DNA of 64,000 bases from positions 1-64,000 of the forward strand of contig CDMY01000343.1 in the NCBI GenBank assembly GCA_001179505.1, given 5' to 3'. The stretch comes from Vitrella brassicaformis CCMP3155 (lineage: Eukaryota > Protista > Chromerida). Position 1 is the first letter of the stretch. Every line of letters starts with the position of its first letter. Below the pieces are notes generated by a model. The model was not told the origin of the DNA. It saw only the letters and a program-made list of their open reading frames with translations, and did no database searches. The translations under genes were made by a program, and so were the position numbers. Shown here piece by piece: positions 1 through 11,535 of this stretch.

Positions 1-175
1 CCCGGCTCGGCCCTTCGCGTGGCCGAGAAGCGCAAGAGGGACCAATACGCCGTCGCATGTGCACGGGGAGGGTACACGTTTCTGCCTCTGGCCTTCGAGT
101 CGTATGGACGGTGGTCTTCGACTATGGAGACCTTTTTGCACAAGCTAGGCAAGGCAGTGAAGGAAGCTCAGTGCG
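1..175 (+). mobile_element. 3' remnant of a non-LTR retrotransposon-like ORF (restriction-like endonuclease C-terminus, R2/CRE/HERO type), truncated by the window edge
   Basis: Frame 1 from base 1 reads PGSALRVAEKRKRDQYAVACARGGYTFLPLAFESYGRWSSTMETFLHKLGKAVKEAQ. This matches the recalled RLE pattern AE..K..KY...F.P.A.E..G.W....FL..LG. The RT domain is not in the window. Confidence 0.6.
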
Positions 176-876
176 TGTGTGTCTGCGTGTGAGTGTGGCT
201 ATGGGCGTGGGTATGCGGGTGAGGTATTGGTATTCCTGCGTGTGTGTGTGTGTGTGTGTCTGGGTGGTGTGCGCGTGTGTAGGGGTGTGCGTGTGGATGT
301 GGGCGTGGTCTGTGTGTGTGCCTTGCCGCGCTCCTACTTATCCCGGCGGTGAAATATGTATGGGCGTGCACTGGGGGTGTCTGCGGGTCGGCCACCTGCC
401 GCCCCTCTCCGCCCTGGAGAGGGCGGCGGTGCGCTCTCATGCACCCCCAGCACTCCGTGCGTGGTTGTTATAAGGGCGTGTTTGTGTGTGACTGGGCGAT
501 CTGCACTGGCTGGCCACCTGGGGATGGGCGGTATCTACGTATGGAGTCATGGTGCCTGACGCACGCACGCACGCCGCCTTCAAGCTGCTGCTGGGGTGGC
601 GTGTGTGCGACGCTCTGTGCCTGCTTGTATGTGGCCCTCGTTCGCAGCGCATTGCATATCTTCCTGTCTGCTGCATCTGCCCTCTGCGTGCTGCGTGTTT
701 CGTGTCCGGGTTGCATGTTAGGGTGCCTGTTTCATGTTGGACAGACCGACAGGGGACTTGGCCGTCAGGCCACCTAGGGTGCTCCCTGAAACCGCTGCTG
801 GAGAAGATGGGCGCATCGGCATCTCTCCCAGGCTAATCATCCTCTCCAGGCGATCGAGGAAGAAGAGAAAAGGGGA

Positions 877-1539
877 ATGCTGCAGGGACATCACGATGCT
901 GCCCGTGTGCCTGTGCGTGTGTGGATTGTGATGGGGTGTGCAGGGTGCGGCAAGTCATCCGTCGGGAGGTACGTTGCAGATTTTCTTCAGTGCCCTTTCC
1001 TGGATGCCGATGACTACCACACGAAGGCCAACGTCGACAAAATGGCACAGGTAGCGAAACCACAGCACCACCCATGCCAGCCGCAGCAAGTGCGCCCTCG
1101 ATCTGTCTGTGTCGTTTTGCACTGTGTGTGTGTGTGTGTGTGTGTTGTGTGTCGCTTTGCACTGACGCAGGGTATCCCCTTGGCTGATGAGGACAGATGG
1201 CCGTGGCTACACCGGCTGGCGGGGGTGGTAGATCAGCATCTCTCAAGCGGCCTCGTCCTCGCCTGCTCTGCGCTGAAGGCCTCTTACCGGGCCGCCCTCG
1301 CCGCATCGCCGTCAGTCGGGTTTATCTATCTGAAGGCCAGCAAGGACCTGCTGAGTGAGCGGCTGTCCATGCGGCAAGACCACTTTATGGGCGCATCGAT
1401 GGTTGACAGTCAGCTGAGTGCGTTGGAGGAGCCTGTGGAAGGGGTGGAGGGACGGAGGGTGGTGATGGTTGAGTTGCGACGGGGGGAGGGGGTGGAAGAG
1501 ACGGTCTGGAGAATCGTGCCGAGTCTGTCTGTGGGCTGA
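877..1539 (+). CDS. gntK: Gluconokinase (GntK/IdnK family), 2 exons
   Basis: P-loop MGCAGCGKS, FLDADDYH, then KMAQ|GIPLADEDRWPWL across an in-frame GT-AG intron at 1051-1170. LACSALK and HFMGASMVDSQLSALEEP motifs follow. Stop TGA at 1537-1539. Confidence 0.93.
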   Translation: MLQGHHDAARVPVRVWIVMGCAGCGKSSVGRYVADFLQCPFLDADDYHTKANVDKMAQVAKPQHHPCQPQQVRPRSVCVVLHCVCVCVCVVCRFALTQGIPLADEDRWPWLHRLAGVVDQHLSSGLVLACSALKASYRAALAASPSVGFIYLKASKDLLSERLSMRQDHFMGASMVDSQLSALEEPVEGVEGRRVVMVELRRGEGVEETVWRIVPSLSVG

Positions 1540-1966
1540 TTCGGGGTGGCAAAATTCTTGACAATGGTTTGTGTGCCGTGTCTGGACAATGGTCTTTGGG
1601 TGTGTCGAGTATGGGCGTGTGCTGCTTGTGGCAGCGCTACCCCGGCGTGAACTACGCGTGAACAGACAGAAGGGAAGAGGTTGTCTTTGTTGACCTGACG
1701 CCGTGAGGATGGTTGCCTGTTCCACCCACCATGGTGGATCGTCATGGGCATGACGGGGTTCATTCTGTGAGTGCATCCATGACCAGACAGACCGACAGAC
1801 CGACAGACCGACCGACCGACCGACAGACCGACCGACCGACACAGAAAAACAGGCACAACAGAGGAGCTATCCGCCAAAAAGGTATATCTGTACACAACAC
1901 AGCTCCACCTGCCGGCCACATAAGTACGTATACTACAAAGAAGTACAAAGATCATCCATCCATCCA

Positions 1967-2781
1967 TCATCCATCGCCCGCCTTCATAGGCTGCAGATAG
2001 CTCAACAGAGCGGACCTGCGGCACCACACGCACACACACATGCGTAATCGACATACATGCAGCGCAGCGATAGGAATCGGGTTGGTGCGTCTGTACGTAC
2101 CAGCAGAACGACACAGCAGCCACACACGCGATGCGAAACTGCGGCTGGACAAGAGGCCCGAAGACCAGCAGATTCACAGGCGTTCAAATCATCCAGTACC
2201 TGTGTGTGAGTGACGCACACACACACACACAACACCCTGCAGCCATGCGCACAGAGGCGACGCTCCCTCCCGGTGTGCTGACTGACTTGGGCATGATGCC
2301 GCTGATCTCGGCCACATAATCCCCCAGCCCCTCTGACAAACTGCTGCCCCCATTGAACACGCTCTTGAGCATAAAGTAGTTGGGCATATACACGAAGGGA
2401 ATGTACCCCAGGCACTCGGCCAGCGTCTTCCTCACAGCCACCAGCATCGTCCGCTGAGGGCCGAAGGCTCGGGTGAACACCACGTTGTAGAAAAAGTGCT
2501 GAATGCAGCCCGTCTGAAGGCCGCTGAACGAGGCGAACTTGACTGTCCGCAGAACGTCCCAGCTCTCCGCCCTCTCAATCTTGAACTGAGCCAGCGTGTC
2601 GGATGCTCCACCCTGCACTCACTCACTCACAGACAGACAGACAGACAGAGCGCTCAGGTCCATGCATGTGTTGTATGTGTTGTGTGAGCGACCGCACCTT
2701 GACAAAGCATGTGGCGAAGGCCACAGCATAAGGGCTCTTGTCATAAGCAGCACGATACGCCTCAAACACCCGAAGGCGCAT
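1967..2781 (-). pseudogene. Mpv17/PMP22 family paralogue 1 with premature stop (pseudogene or sequence error)
   Basis: Near-identical 4-exon copy of the gene at 4050-4875. In exon 3, ATT TGA ACG (2184-2186) replaces ATA TGG ACG (Trp) of copy 2. It also carries one extra Ser codon (GGSSLS vs GGSLS). Confidence 0.75.
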
Positions 2782-3427
2782 CAGATTAATTGGTGAACGA
2801 ACGAGAGATCTGCAGCAACGCATACACACGCAGATGCCGCTGTTTGAAGCATATTCAGGCTTCTCCTGCCTCTCTGCTGCTGATCTGATCTGCGCGTTTC
2901 GTGTGCCCTCCTGCAGAGCGTTGTTGCACGTCTAAGCTCGCAGGGTTTGGAACCCTGCGACCGGTGGCTGGGAGGTTTTTTCCCATTGCAGGTGCCCATG
3001 AAGGCCGCTGCCGTGCTCATCTGAGTCCTAGTGAGGCGGGGGGTTTGCGAAATGGGTGAATGCGCGTGTGCAGCAGTGGGCGGCAGACGCACCCAGACCT
3101 TCACACACACACAACTCGACGAGTGTCCAGCGCAGGAGGCTGGGAGGCCGGGGAATGACTGTTGGTGTGATGGGCTGTCTGTGTGCGGCGGTTGGGCGGC
3201 TGGCCTTGCGTGTGTGAGAAGTGGGTATGCGGCAGGGGGGGTATCGATGGGGTGAGTGCGTTGAAGTGGTGAGAGGTGCAATTGGGTGGAAAGGGCGAAT
3301 GGCGAGGCGGTGTTGGTTAGCACACAGAATCGGTTACGGTAAAGGTCTACAGTCAATACTCGTCCCTCCACGGCATCGCCAAGTTGGCAAAAAACTCATG
3401 GACACAGAGAGAGAGTGAGTGCGTGCA

Positions 3428-3473
3428 GGGGTGAGTGGGGGTGAGTGGGGGTGAGTGGGGGTGCGTGGGGGGG
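3428..3473 (+). repeat. 10-bp G-rich minisatellite (GGGGTGAGTG)n, potential G-quadruplex
   Basis: ggggtgagtgggggtgagtgggggtgagtgggggtgcgtggggggg contains five runs of 4 or more G. Confidence 0.85.
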
Positions 3474-3542
3474 TCCATTTGATGCACACACACACAGAGA
3501 ACACACACAGACTCAGACAGAACACACACACACACACACACA

Positions 3543-3755
3543 GGCTCAGGCTCTGCCCTTCGGGCCTCGCCTTCGCACAACACATACACACACAGGCTCA
3601 GCACACACACACCATGACTTGGCTCGGCTCGGCCCTTCAGGCCTCGCCTTCGCATCAACGGCACACACACACACACTTAGACAGACACAGACGAGGCAGC
3701 TTTCGCTCGGCTCGGCTCGGCCCTTCGGGCCTCGCCTTCGCATCAACGGCACACA
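3543..3755 (+). repeat. Three spaced copies of a ~30-40 bp motif GGCTCGGCCCTTCGGGCCTCGCCTTCGCA(TCAACGGCACAC)
   Basis: Copies at about 3547-3577, 3621-3666 and 3708-3755, separated by CA-rich spacers. The core GGCCC-TTCG-GGGCC-type hairpin is intact in copies 1 and 3; copy 2 has TTCA. Confidence 0.85.
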
Positions 3756-4049
3756 GACACACGCGCCATCATGCCCTGCATGCGTGGAGGCAAAAAGGCC
3801 TGTCTGACTCTGACAGCCACCCACTTTGCACAGACAGACCGACAGACCGACCGACCGACAGACAGACAGACAGACCGACAGCCACAGAAAGACAGGCACA
3901 ACAGAGGAATACAGAGTGATACAGTAAGGTATAAGACAGGCACAACAAGGAGCTGTCCACCAAAAAGGATATATCTGTACACAACACAGCTCCACCTGCC
4001 GGCCACATAAGTACGTATACTACAAACAAGTACAAAGATCATCCATCCA

Positions 4050-4875
4050 TCATCCATCGCCCGCCTTCATCGGCTGCAGATAGCTCAACAGAGCGGACCT
4101 GCGGCGCACACACGCACACACACACACACACACACGCACGCTGCAGTCGCATGCAGCTGTAGAGATGGAGTGGGTGCGTCTGTATGTACCAGCAGAAGGA
4201 CACAGCAGCCACACAAGCGATGCGAAACTGCGGCTGGACAAGAGGCCCGAACACCAGCAGGTTCACAGGCGTCCATATCATCCAGTACCTGTGTGTGAGT
4301 GACGCACACACACACACACAACACCATGCAGCCATGCGCACAGAGGCGACGCTCCCTCCCGGTGTGCTGACTGACTTGGGCATGATGCCGCTGATCTCGG
4401 CCACATAATCCCCCAGCCCCTCCGACAAACTGCCCCCATTGAACACGCTCTTGAGCATAAAGTAGTTGGGCATATACACGAAGGGAATGTACCCCAGGCA
4501 CTCGGCCAGCGTCTTCCTCACAGCCACCAGCATCGTCCGCTGAGGGCCGAAGGCTCGGGTGAACACCACGTTGTAGAAAAAGTGCTGAATGCAGCCCGTC
4601 TGAAGGCCGCTGAACGAGGCGAACTTGACTGTCCGCAGAACGTCCCAGCTCTCCGCCCTCTCAATCTTGAACTGAGCCAGTGTGTCGGATGCTCCACCCT
4701 GCACTCACTCACTCACAGACAGACAGACAGACAGACAGAGCGCTCAGGTCCATGTATGTGTTGTATGTGTTGTGTGTGTGAGCGACCGCACCTTGACAAA
4801 GCATGTGGCGAAGGCCACAGCATAAGGGCTCTTGTCATAAGCAGCACGATACGCCTCAAACACCCGAAGGCGCAT
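4050..4875 (-). CDS. Mpv17/PMP22 family membrane protein (intact paralogue 2), 4 exons
   Basis: Spliced product MRLRVFEAYRAAYDKSPYAVAFATCFVK|GGASDTLAQF...GYIPFVYMPNYF...IMPK|YWMIWTPVNLLVFGPLVQPQFRIACVAAVSFCW|SALLSYLQPMKAGDG*. The D..AQ and W.P.N...F..V.P.FR......W...LS pattern is typical of the family. Confidence 0.88.
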
Positions 4876-5106
4876 CAGATTCCACCAGAAGAACGGCAGA
4901 CAGGCGAGAGAGCCAACCGAGAGAGGATCAAACGAAACGAATGATCTCAGACGAAGTTGCTCCCTGGAACCCTCCTCAAGCTCGTGTTTGGATCGCGTTT
5001 ACAACCTGGCGCCTTGGATTTGAGGATGGCATGGCTCCGGCACGTGTGGAGATGCAGATGCGTGCCGCTGTAGGTCCCCCTAAGGCCAAGGCAGTCATAA
5101 CGCACC

Positions 5107-8054
5107 ATGGCAACACCGTCACACCGCCATCACCGTGCAAGGGCGTCGCCCCTGCCGCTGCTGCCCGTTCTCGTGCTCTTGCTGGTCTGCGGGGCCCGCC
5201 CTGCCGTGGCCATGCAGGAGAAACACACACGGCCGAAGGGAGATGACGCCAAACAGGTCAGCAGAGAGAGAGAAGGAGGGGAAGGGAAGCTGCACTTCTC
5301 TGTGGAATGGCGCCATCCATATGTGTGTGGATGTGTCCATCAGATCTCTGCCAGTGGTGGTGGTGGTGGGTCGCCGGCCCTCTCCCTCTCGCCCTATGCG
5401 CTGCCGCTGCTCTCCCAGGCGGCCCTCGCCGCGCCCCTCTACGCCAACAACCTTAGCGACGAAGCCCCACGGTGGCAGCTCAGCAGACGACACGCGCAGT
5501 GGGGTGGCAAACCCGCCACCACGACGCCCACACCACCAGCACCACCAGCACCACCACCAACAACAGCAGCCCCACCAGCACCGGCAGAAACCAAGAAGCC
5601 ATTGGTTGGAAGCGCGTATGCGATGATGGGCCACGCCGATGGGCAGCTGACGCAATCGCGTAGCCATACCAGCAGCAGCAGTAGGACCACCAGCAGCAGC
5701 AGCAGCAGGTCGATGAGCGTGCGGCAGATGCTCGAAACGCTCAGCGTCGACCTGGCGCACAACGACATTTTCGGCCACGAGAACCCTTTGGCGTTCATTC
5801 CCTTCTACTCGAGCTATGGCCCGGTGGCCTGGATCTCCCTGCTCAGCGTGTTTGCCCTCGTGCTGGCCTTCGATTTGCTCGTGCTGCATCGGACGGTTGG
5901 CTCAAGGGAGATGACGACGCTGCGGGCGATTCTGATGGTGGGCTTTTGGGTTACCCTCGGGATGACGTTCTGCACATTCGTGTGGTTCTGGCGGGGCGGG
6001 GAGGACGCCGTTATGTGGTTCAACGGGTTTCTGCTCGAGTACGTGCTGTCGCTCGACAACCTGTTTGTATTCCACCTGGTGTTCAAGGAGTACAAGACGC
6101 CGAACGCGCAGAAATACAAGGCCCTTTTCTACGGAATCATCGTATGTAGTTCACCCTCCCGGCCCTCTTTGCCGCTTCACCCTCCGTGTGTGCGTGTGTG
6201 CGTGTGTGTGTGTGTGTGTGTGTATGCTGGCAGGGTGCGGTTGCATTCCGCCTGGCGATATTCTCGATCGGCGAGGTGCTGTTCCACCTGCTCGATTGGG
6301 TCAAGTTGGTGTTCGGCCTCTTCCTGGTGTGGACGGGCATGCGCACGGCGTGGGAGCAGGACGACGACACCGACCCGAGCGACTTCATACGCTCGCCCAC
6401 CGAGGAGGAGGACAGCATAGACACCGTCGACACAATGGAGGGCGGGGGCAGGGCGGGAGCGGGGGGGCTGACAACAAAGGAGGGGCAGGCGGCCAAGGTC
6501 GCCAATGGTATGACGGAGAAGGACAAGAAGGAACAGCCGGCAAAGAAACACAAGGAACATCCCATACTCAAGGTCAGTGTGGATGGGGGTGGGGGTGGCG
6601 GTGGGGCACGGACACACAGAGGGCATGGCATCCTCCCTCTCCTTCTCTATCTGTGTTTATGTCGTCAGTGTTTGGAGCGTCATTTGCCCTTCTTCCCCTA
6701 CTATGTGGCGGATGGCAGCTTCTTTGTTCGCGTGCCTCGCCACCACCACCACCCACACACTTCAGAGGAGGAACCGGACCGCCACACCGGCCTTAGCATC
6801 GCCGACAGGGCCACCACACCGCCCATGTCGTACGCACACACACATCAAGACACCATGGCGGCATTCACTCGTCATTCCCTCTCTCTCTCTGTGTGTGTGT
6901 GGGTGTGGGTGTGGGTGTGGGTGTGTGGGCCTGTAGTTCGCACGGTCCTGAGAGTGAGGCGCTGGTACCAGATAGAGGTGCAGGGGGAGAGGCCGGCCGT
7001 CTGTCGGTGACGCTGCTGTTCATGGTCGTCTGCTGCCTCGAAGCCGTCGACCTCGTCTTCGCAGTACGCACACACACAGTGACGGACGAAACAAACACGC
7101 GATGGATGGCCGCTTGTGTGTGTGTGGCGTGCTCTTGGTCAGCTGGATTCGACGGCGGCCAAGTTGGCTGCGGTGGATGGGGGCGGGGCACACCACACAC
7201 AGACAGAAAGGAAAAGGGCCAATGTGTGTCTGTGTGTGAGGCCTCCTTGTGTGTGCAGATACCTGATATGTTCCTGGCGTACTCATCGACGGTGGGAGGG
7301 GGATAGAGAGACAGACAGGACACCTGGCTGTCATTGTCATGTGTGTGGTCTTGCAGATCGCGGCCATGTTTGGCCTGCGGGCGATGTTTTTCCTAATCGA
7401 CAGACTCGTCGTGTACACTCACACACACGCAGAGAGGGAGAGAGAGAGACGCCTGTCTATCTGTGTGCCTGTGTGTGTGTGTGTGTGTGTGGTCCATCGA
7501 TTAGCCACTTTGTCTTGTTGAAGTATGGGCTATGCATCATCCTCATATTCATCGGCGTCAGGCTGATCCTCGCACCGTAAGCCAAGCGACGACCAACACA
7601 ACACAGCACAACACAAACACACATGCTGCACACACACGTGTGTGTGTGTGTGTGTCTTGGCAGTTATTGGGCCGTATCGAACGCTCACGTCTCCGGCTTT
7701 CTCGTCAGCCTCTGAACCAACACACACAGAGACACACACAGAACAGACGCCAGAGACTCATCCCCTCTCCCCCCCCTCTGTCGATCATCATTCAGCTATC
7801 TGTGTTGGTGGCGAGCATCGTCGCGTCAGTGGTCTACAGCTGGATACGCAGCCACAACAATGGCAAGAACGGCCAGCCCCACAATGAGGCGCCCCCAATG
7901 GCCCACCACTATGCCTCCCAGGAGAGTATCGGCGAGGCCGCAGAGGTATCCATTTGTGTGTGTGTGTCGGTACCACACGTGTAATGTCCTTCCTGCCCTT
8001 TGTCTGCGGCAGGTTGAGATTGAGGATGACGACTCGCACGCAGACGAGTCTTGA
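5107..8054 (+). CDS. terC: TerC/Alx family integral membrane protein with long N-terminal extension, multi-exon
   Basis: FLLEYVLSLDNLFVFHLVF, QKYKALFYGII|GAVAFRLAI, LEAVDLVFAVDS and MFGLRAMFFLI...LKYGLCIILIFIGVRL motifs are recovered across phase-consistent introns. Stop TGA at 8052-8054. Confidence 0.9.
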
Positions 8055-8481
8055 CAGTGGGCACAATATGGACGCGCGGATGGAGGAGTGGATCGCTTGC
8101 AAGGAGGAAGGGGTCGGTCGATAAGGATATCAGCATGAGCATGGGCGGCAGTCAGGACCTAGGTCATAGAGACACAGACAGAAAGAGAGAGAGAGAGAGA
8201 GAGAGCGAGCGCTTGCGAACACTGAATGAATGAATGAATGGATACGGCACGGTCCATATATGGCTATTTTTACATGCGTGATGCCTGCCTACATCCATGG
8301 CCCTGGCCGTGTGTGAATGCGTCAGTGAGTGGATGGATGGATGTATGGATGGGACGGTGGCATCTCTCTGTCTGTCCGTGTGAAGGTCACATTCCTGCAT
8401 CCACAGACATGCACCATGTCTGCGACCGTTGTGTCAAAAAAATACGGCACGGAAAACAACAGATAGAGAATTCGCGGTCAG

Positions 8482-10114
8482 TCAGTCTCTCACTCTGCTT
8501 CTCTCCAGCCACTGGGCCGTCACCCGAACCAGCAGCTCTATCACACCCTTGTGTCGCTTCTGCCCCCGACCCCGCCCACTTCCCCTCCCCCTCTCTCTTC
8601 TTGCCAACGCACCTTTCCGCCTTTCTCCTTTCTGCCTTACCGCCTCCTGACCACCAACACCTACTGCATGAGCCGTGCCTTCCATTCTTTTTTTCTCCCG
8701 CCTGGCGTCGTTTTCATGCTCCTGCTCCTGCTCATGCACCTCCACGACACTGCCGACGCTCCGTCGCTGCCTGAATGGCAGGCCCGGGTCGGTGTGCCCC
8801 CTCCCCGGCACCACAAGACACGCCCGCACGTGGCGCACACCGGTGTTGTCTGAGTGGGAGGGGGAGAAAGAGTCGTTGTCGATGATGATGTCCATCCGCT
8901 CCTGATCTTGGTCCTCGTCTGCTGCGTGTGGGCTGGGCGGCTCGGGCGGTGTGGGGAAGGAGTAGTCGGACTCGCCGTCGTTGGCGCTGCTGCCGCTGGA
9001 TGAGAGGTCTTTGGATCGCCTCCCGGCGCCACCAGCAGCAGCGGGACCTCCGTTTGGTCGGTCTGACGGGGGAGGGGAGTAGGCTGCGAGCCGGTCGTTC
9101 AGGAGAGACGCCAGCCTGTGCATGGAGTGAACACGCGAATGAGAGACGAAATCGCAGGGAACCGTGTCTCTCCTTCTCACTCTTGCAGCTTGTTGAACTT
9201 GGCCTCCAATCTCTCAATGTCCACGGATGCCACGTCGTCTCCCGCTTCAGTACCATCGTTGCTGTCGCCTTCGCTATCATCACCAGTACCATTCGTCGCG
9301 TCTTGCCTCTCGCCGTCCATCGGCGGCAGCTTCGCACATATCGACTTGAATTCGCTTGCAAGAGAGGCAAAGATGGATTGGTAGTGCCTGAGACCGGCAC
9401 GAGTCATCGGGATGGCGTCGGCCTCGGAAGGCCGGATGGCCCGGAGCCTCTCCATGTCGCCGAGGGCGGCTGATGTTGCTGATGCTGCTGCTGGGGTGCG
9501 TGCTGATGACATGCCCGACGAGGAGCTGAGGTTGAAGTGGTGTGGGACGCGGGGGGACTTTTTGAGCACCTCGCGGGCTGTGGACAGCCCTCCCACGGCC
9601 TGGCGGGACTCCTCCTGCATGCGACGCAAACAGACAACAGATTGCACGTGTCTGCCCCGCCCGTCTCTCTTTCTCCTGATTCTCACCATGAATGAGTTGA
9701 TCTGTTGTCTGAGATTCTGCAGATCCGAAGCGAGCCTGAAGAACCAGAACAACACGTACAGATGCCCATCAGTCAGTCTGCCTTGTCCAGACTTACAACA
9801 AGCGTGACGGCCTCCAGTTGGGGCTGGACGAATCGTCATGGTGCTTTTTGCCCTTGAGCTGCGTCAGTAGCGCATCGAAATCCTGACGAGAGAAAGAGGC
9901 ATCCGACACATTGTAGCTACAATGAGAGCCATGCCAGAGTGCATTTCACCTGGAGGGCGCCGATGATCTTGCTCAGCCCCTCTGTGTCCTGAGATATCGT
10001 TGCGAAGAGGATGGACGGCCGCGAAGATGGCAGGGGTGCCAGGTTTGAGGGCGAGGTCGGCTTGTCTGTCGACGCGAAGGTCAAATTCAGCCTTGGAATC
10101 TTTGGGGATGCCAT
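8482..10114 (-). CDS. Hypothetical protein with coiled-coil and low-complexity segments, multi-exon
   Basis: Exon chain MASPKIPRLNL...IIGALQ|DFDALLTQLK...|..DLQNLRQQINSFM|..EFKSICAKL...IERLEAKFNKLQE|LASLLNDRL... with canonical splice sites. No family recognised; the 3' end is uncertain. Confidence 0.65.
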
Positions 10115-10461
10115 CGACGGGAGGGAAGGGAAAACGGGTTCAAACGTTTCACGAAGGATGTCGCTCTACCTCATAGAGACGTGAGATCTGCGCTCCCTCT
10201 CCCAGAACCGATGCCAACGGTTCACCTCGACCGATGCCAACGGTTCGCCCTATGCGAAACCGGGACAGATTGTTCGTTCATTCGTTCGTTAACCTCACAG
10301 ATCGGAGAGAGAGAGAAGAACGCGTCTTCTCCCTCTGTTTGTCTCCTCTCAAGACTCTCTCCCTCCCTCCCTCATTGTTCACTGACCCCTTCTCTACATT
10401 TCATTGAAGCTGGCTCAATCTGCTGCAGTACTGTAACAGTCCGTGAGAGTTGACTGAGTCA

Positions 10462-11500
10462 ATGGCGCTCAAGAGCTTGGTATTGGCGCTTGCCTTGCTC
10501 GCCTCGGCCTATGGCCAAGGTACGCGTAGAAGGCCGGACGGAGCACACACAGGAGGGCGGCACGCACCTGCAGTGCAGAATGCATAGATCTGCTATGTCG
10601 TCGTCTGTGTGTTGTTGCGTGTGTGTCTGGCTGGCAGGGAGGGACACGAACTTGCTGAGTCAGGTGCGTCGTCGCACACAGGCACAAGGTGAGGTCAAAG
10701 CCGATACGCACGCACAAGACGACACGCCTTGATTCGCACACTGTGTGTGTGTATGTGTGCGTGTGTGTGTGGCGCCTTTGACCGTCCATGTGCAGCGATC
10801 GGCAGCATCTGCTCGGAGGCTGTGAAGTACCTGAGCTCGAGCATCAGAATTCCGACTGGACTCGACATCGACTACCAAACCATAAGAACACCCTGCATCA
10901 ACACCGACATCGTCAACGACGCCGCGGAGGGGGTCCAGGATGCTGCTGAACGAGCAAGACAAGGGGCCCAGGATGCTGCTGAAGGAGCCGCTCAGGGGGT
11001 CCAGGATGCTGCTGAAGGAGCCGCTCAGGGGGTCCAGGATGCTGCTGAAGGAGCTGCTCAGGGGGTCCAGAATGCTGCTGAAGGAGCCGCTCAGGGGGTC
11101 CAGGAGGCCGTTGACCGATTCAACCCATTTCGGAGGCTGGCTCCCGTCGTGGATACATGCGGTAAGCGGGCTTGCAACAGGCCAGAGACAGGCAGGCGAG
11201 TATGGAATGCGGGCGACTGTGCGCTCTGGCTGTGTGTACGTAGAGAATAAGGTGCCCAAGGGTGCGTCGATCAAGTGGGACGAAAAGTCCCTCAGTTCGA
11301 TGATTGGTGGCGATGTGACGAGGACTCTCGAGGCGAGCTGCGAGTGCTTCGAATTGGCTGATGAGATTCTGCGAGAGGGGCTGCAGAACTCCTTCGAAAG
11401 CGTCGACCATAACGAGGCGGTCTCTGCCGCTCTCACAGTAGGCACATGAATGGAGGCGAGAAAGGGAATTTGTGCGTGTATCTCACTCTCTCTCTCTGTC

Positions 11501-11535
<35 letters not shown>

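Noticed and set aside
3543-3755. CRISPR-like repeat-spacer array
   Set aside because: Only three imperfect repeats, low-complexity CA spacers of unequal length, no cas genes, and a eukaryotic intron-rich context.
8482-10114. Syntaxin/SNARE assignment for the coiled-coil gene
   Set aside because: Helical segments are present, but there is no convincing SNARE heptad or C-terminal TM anchor.
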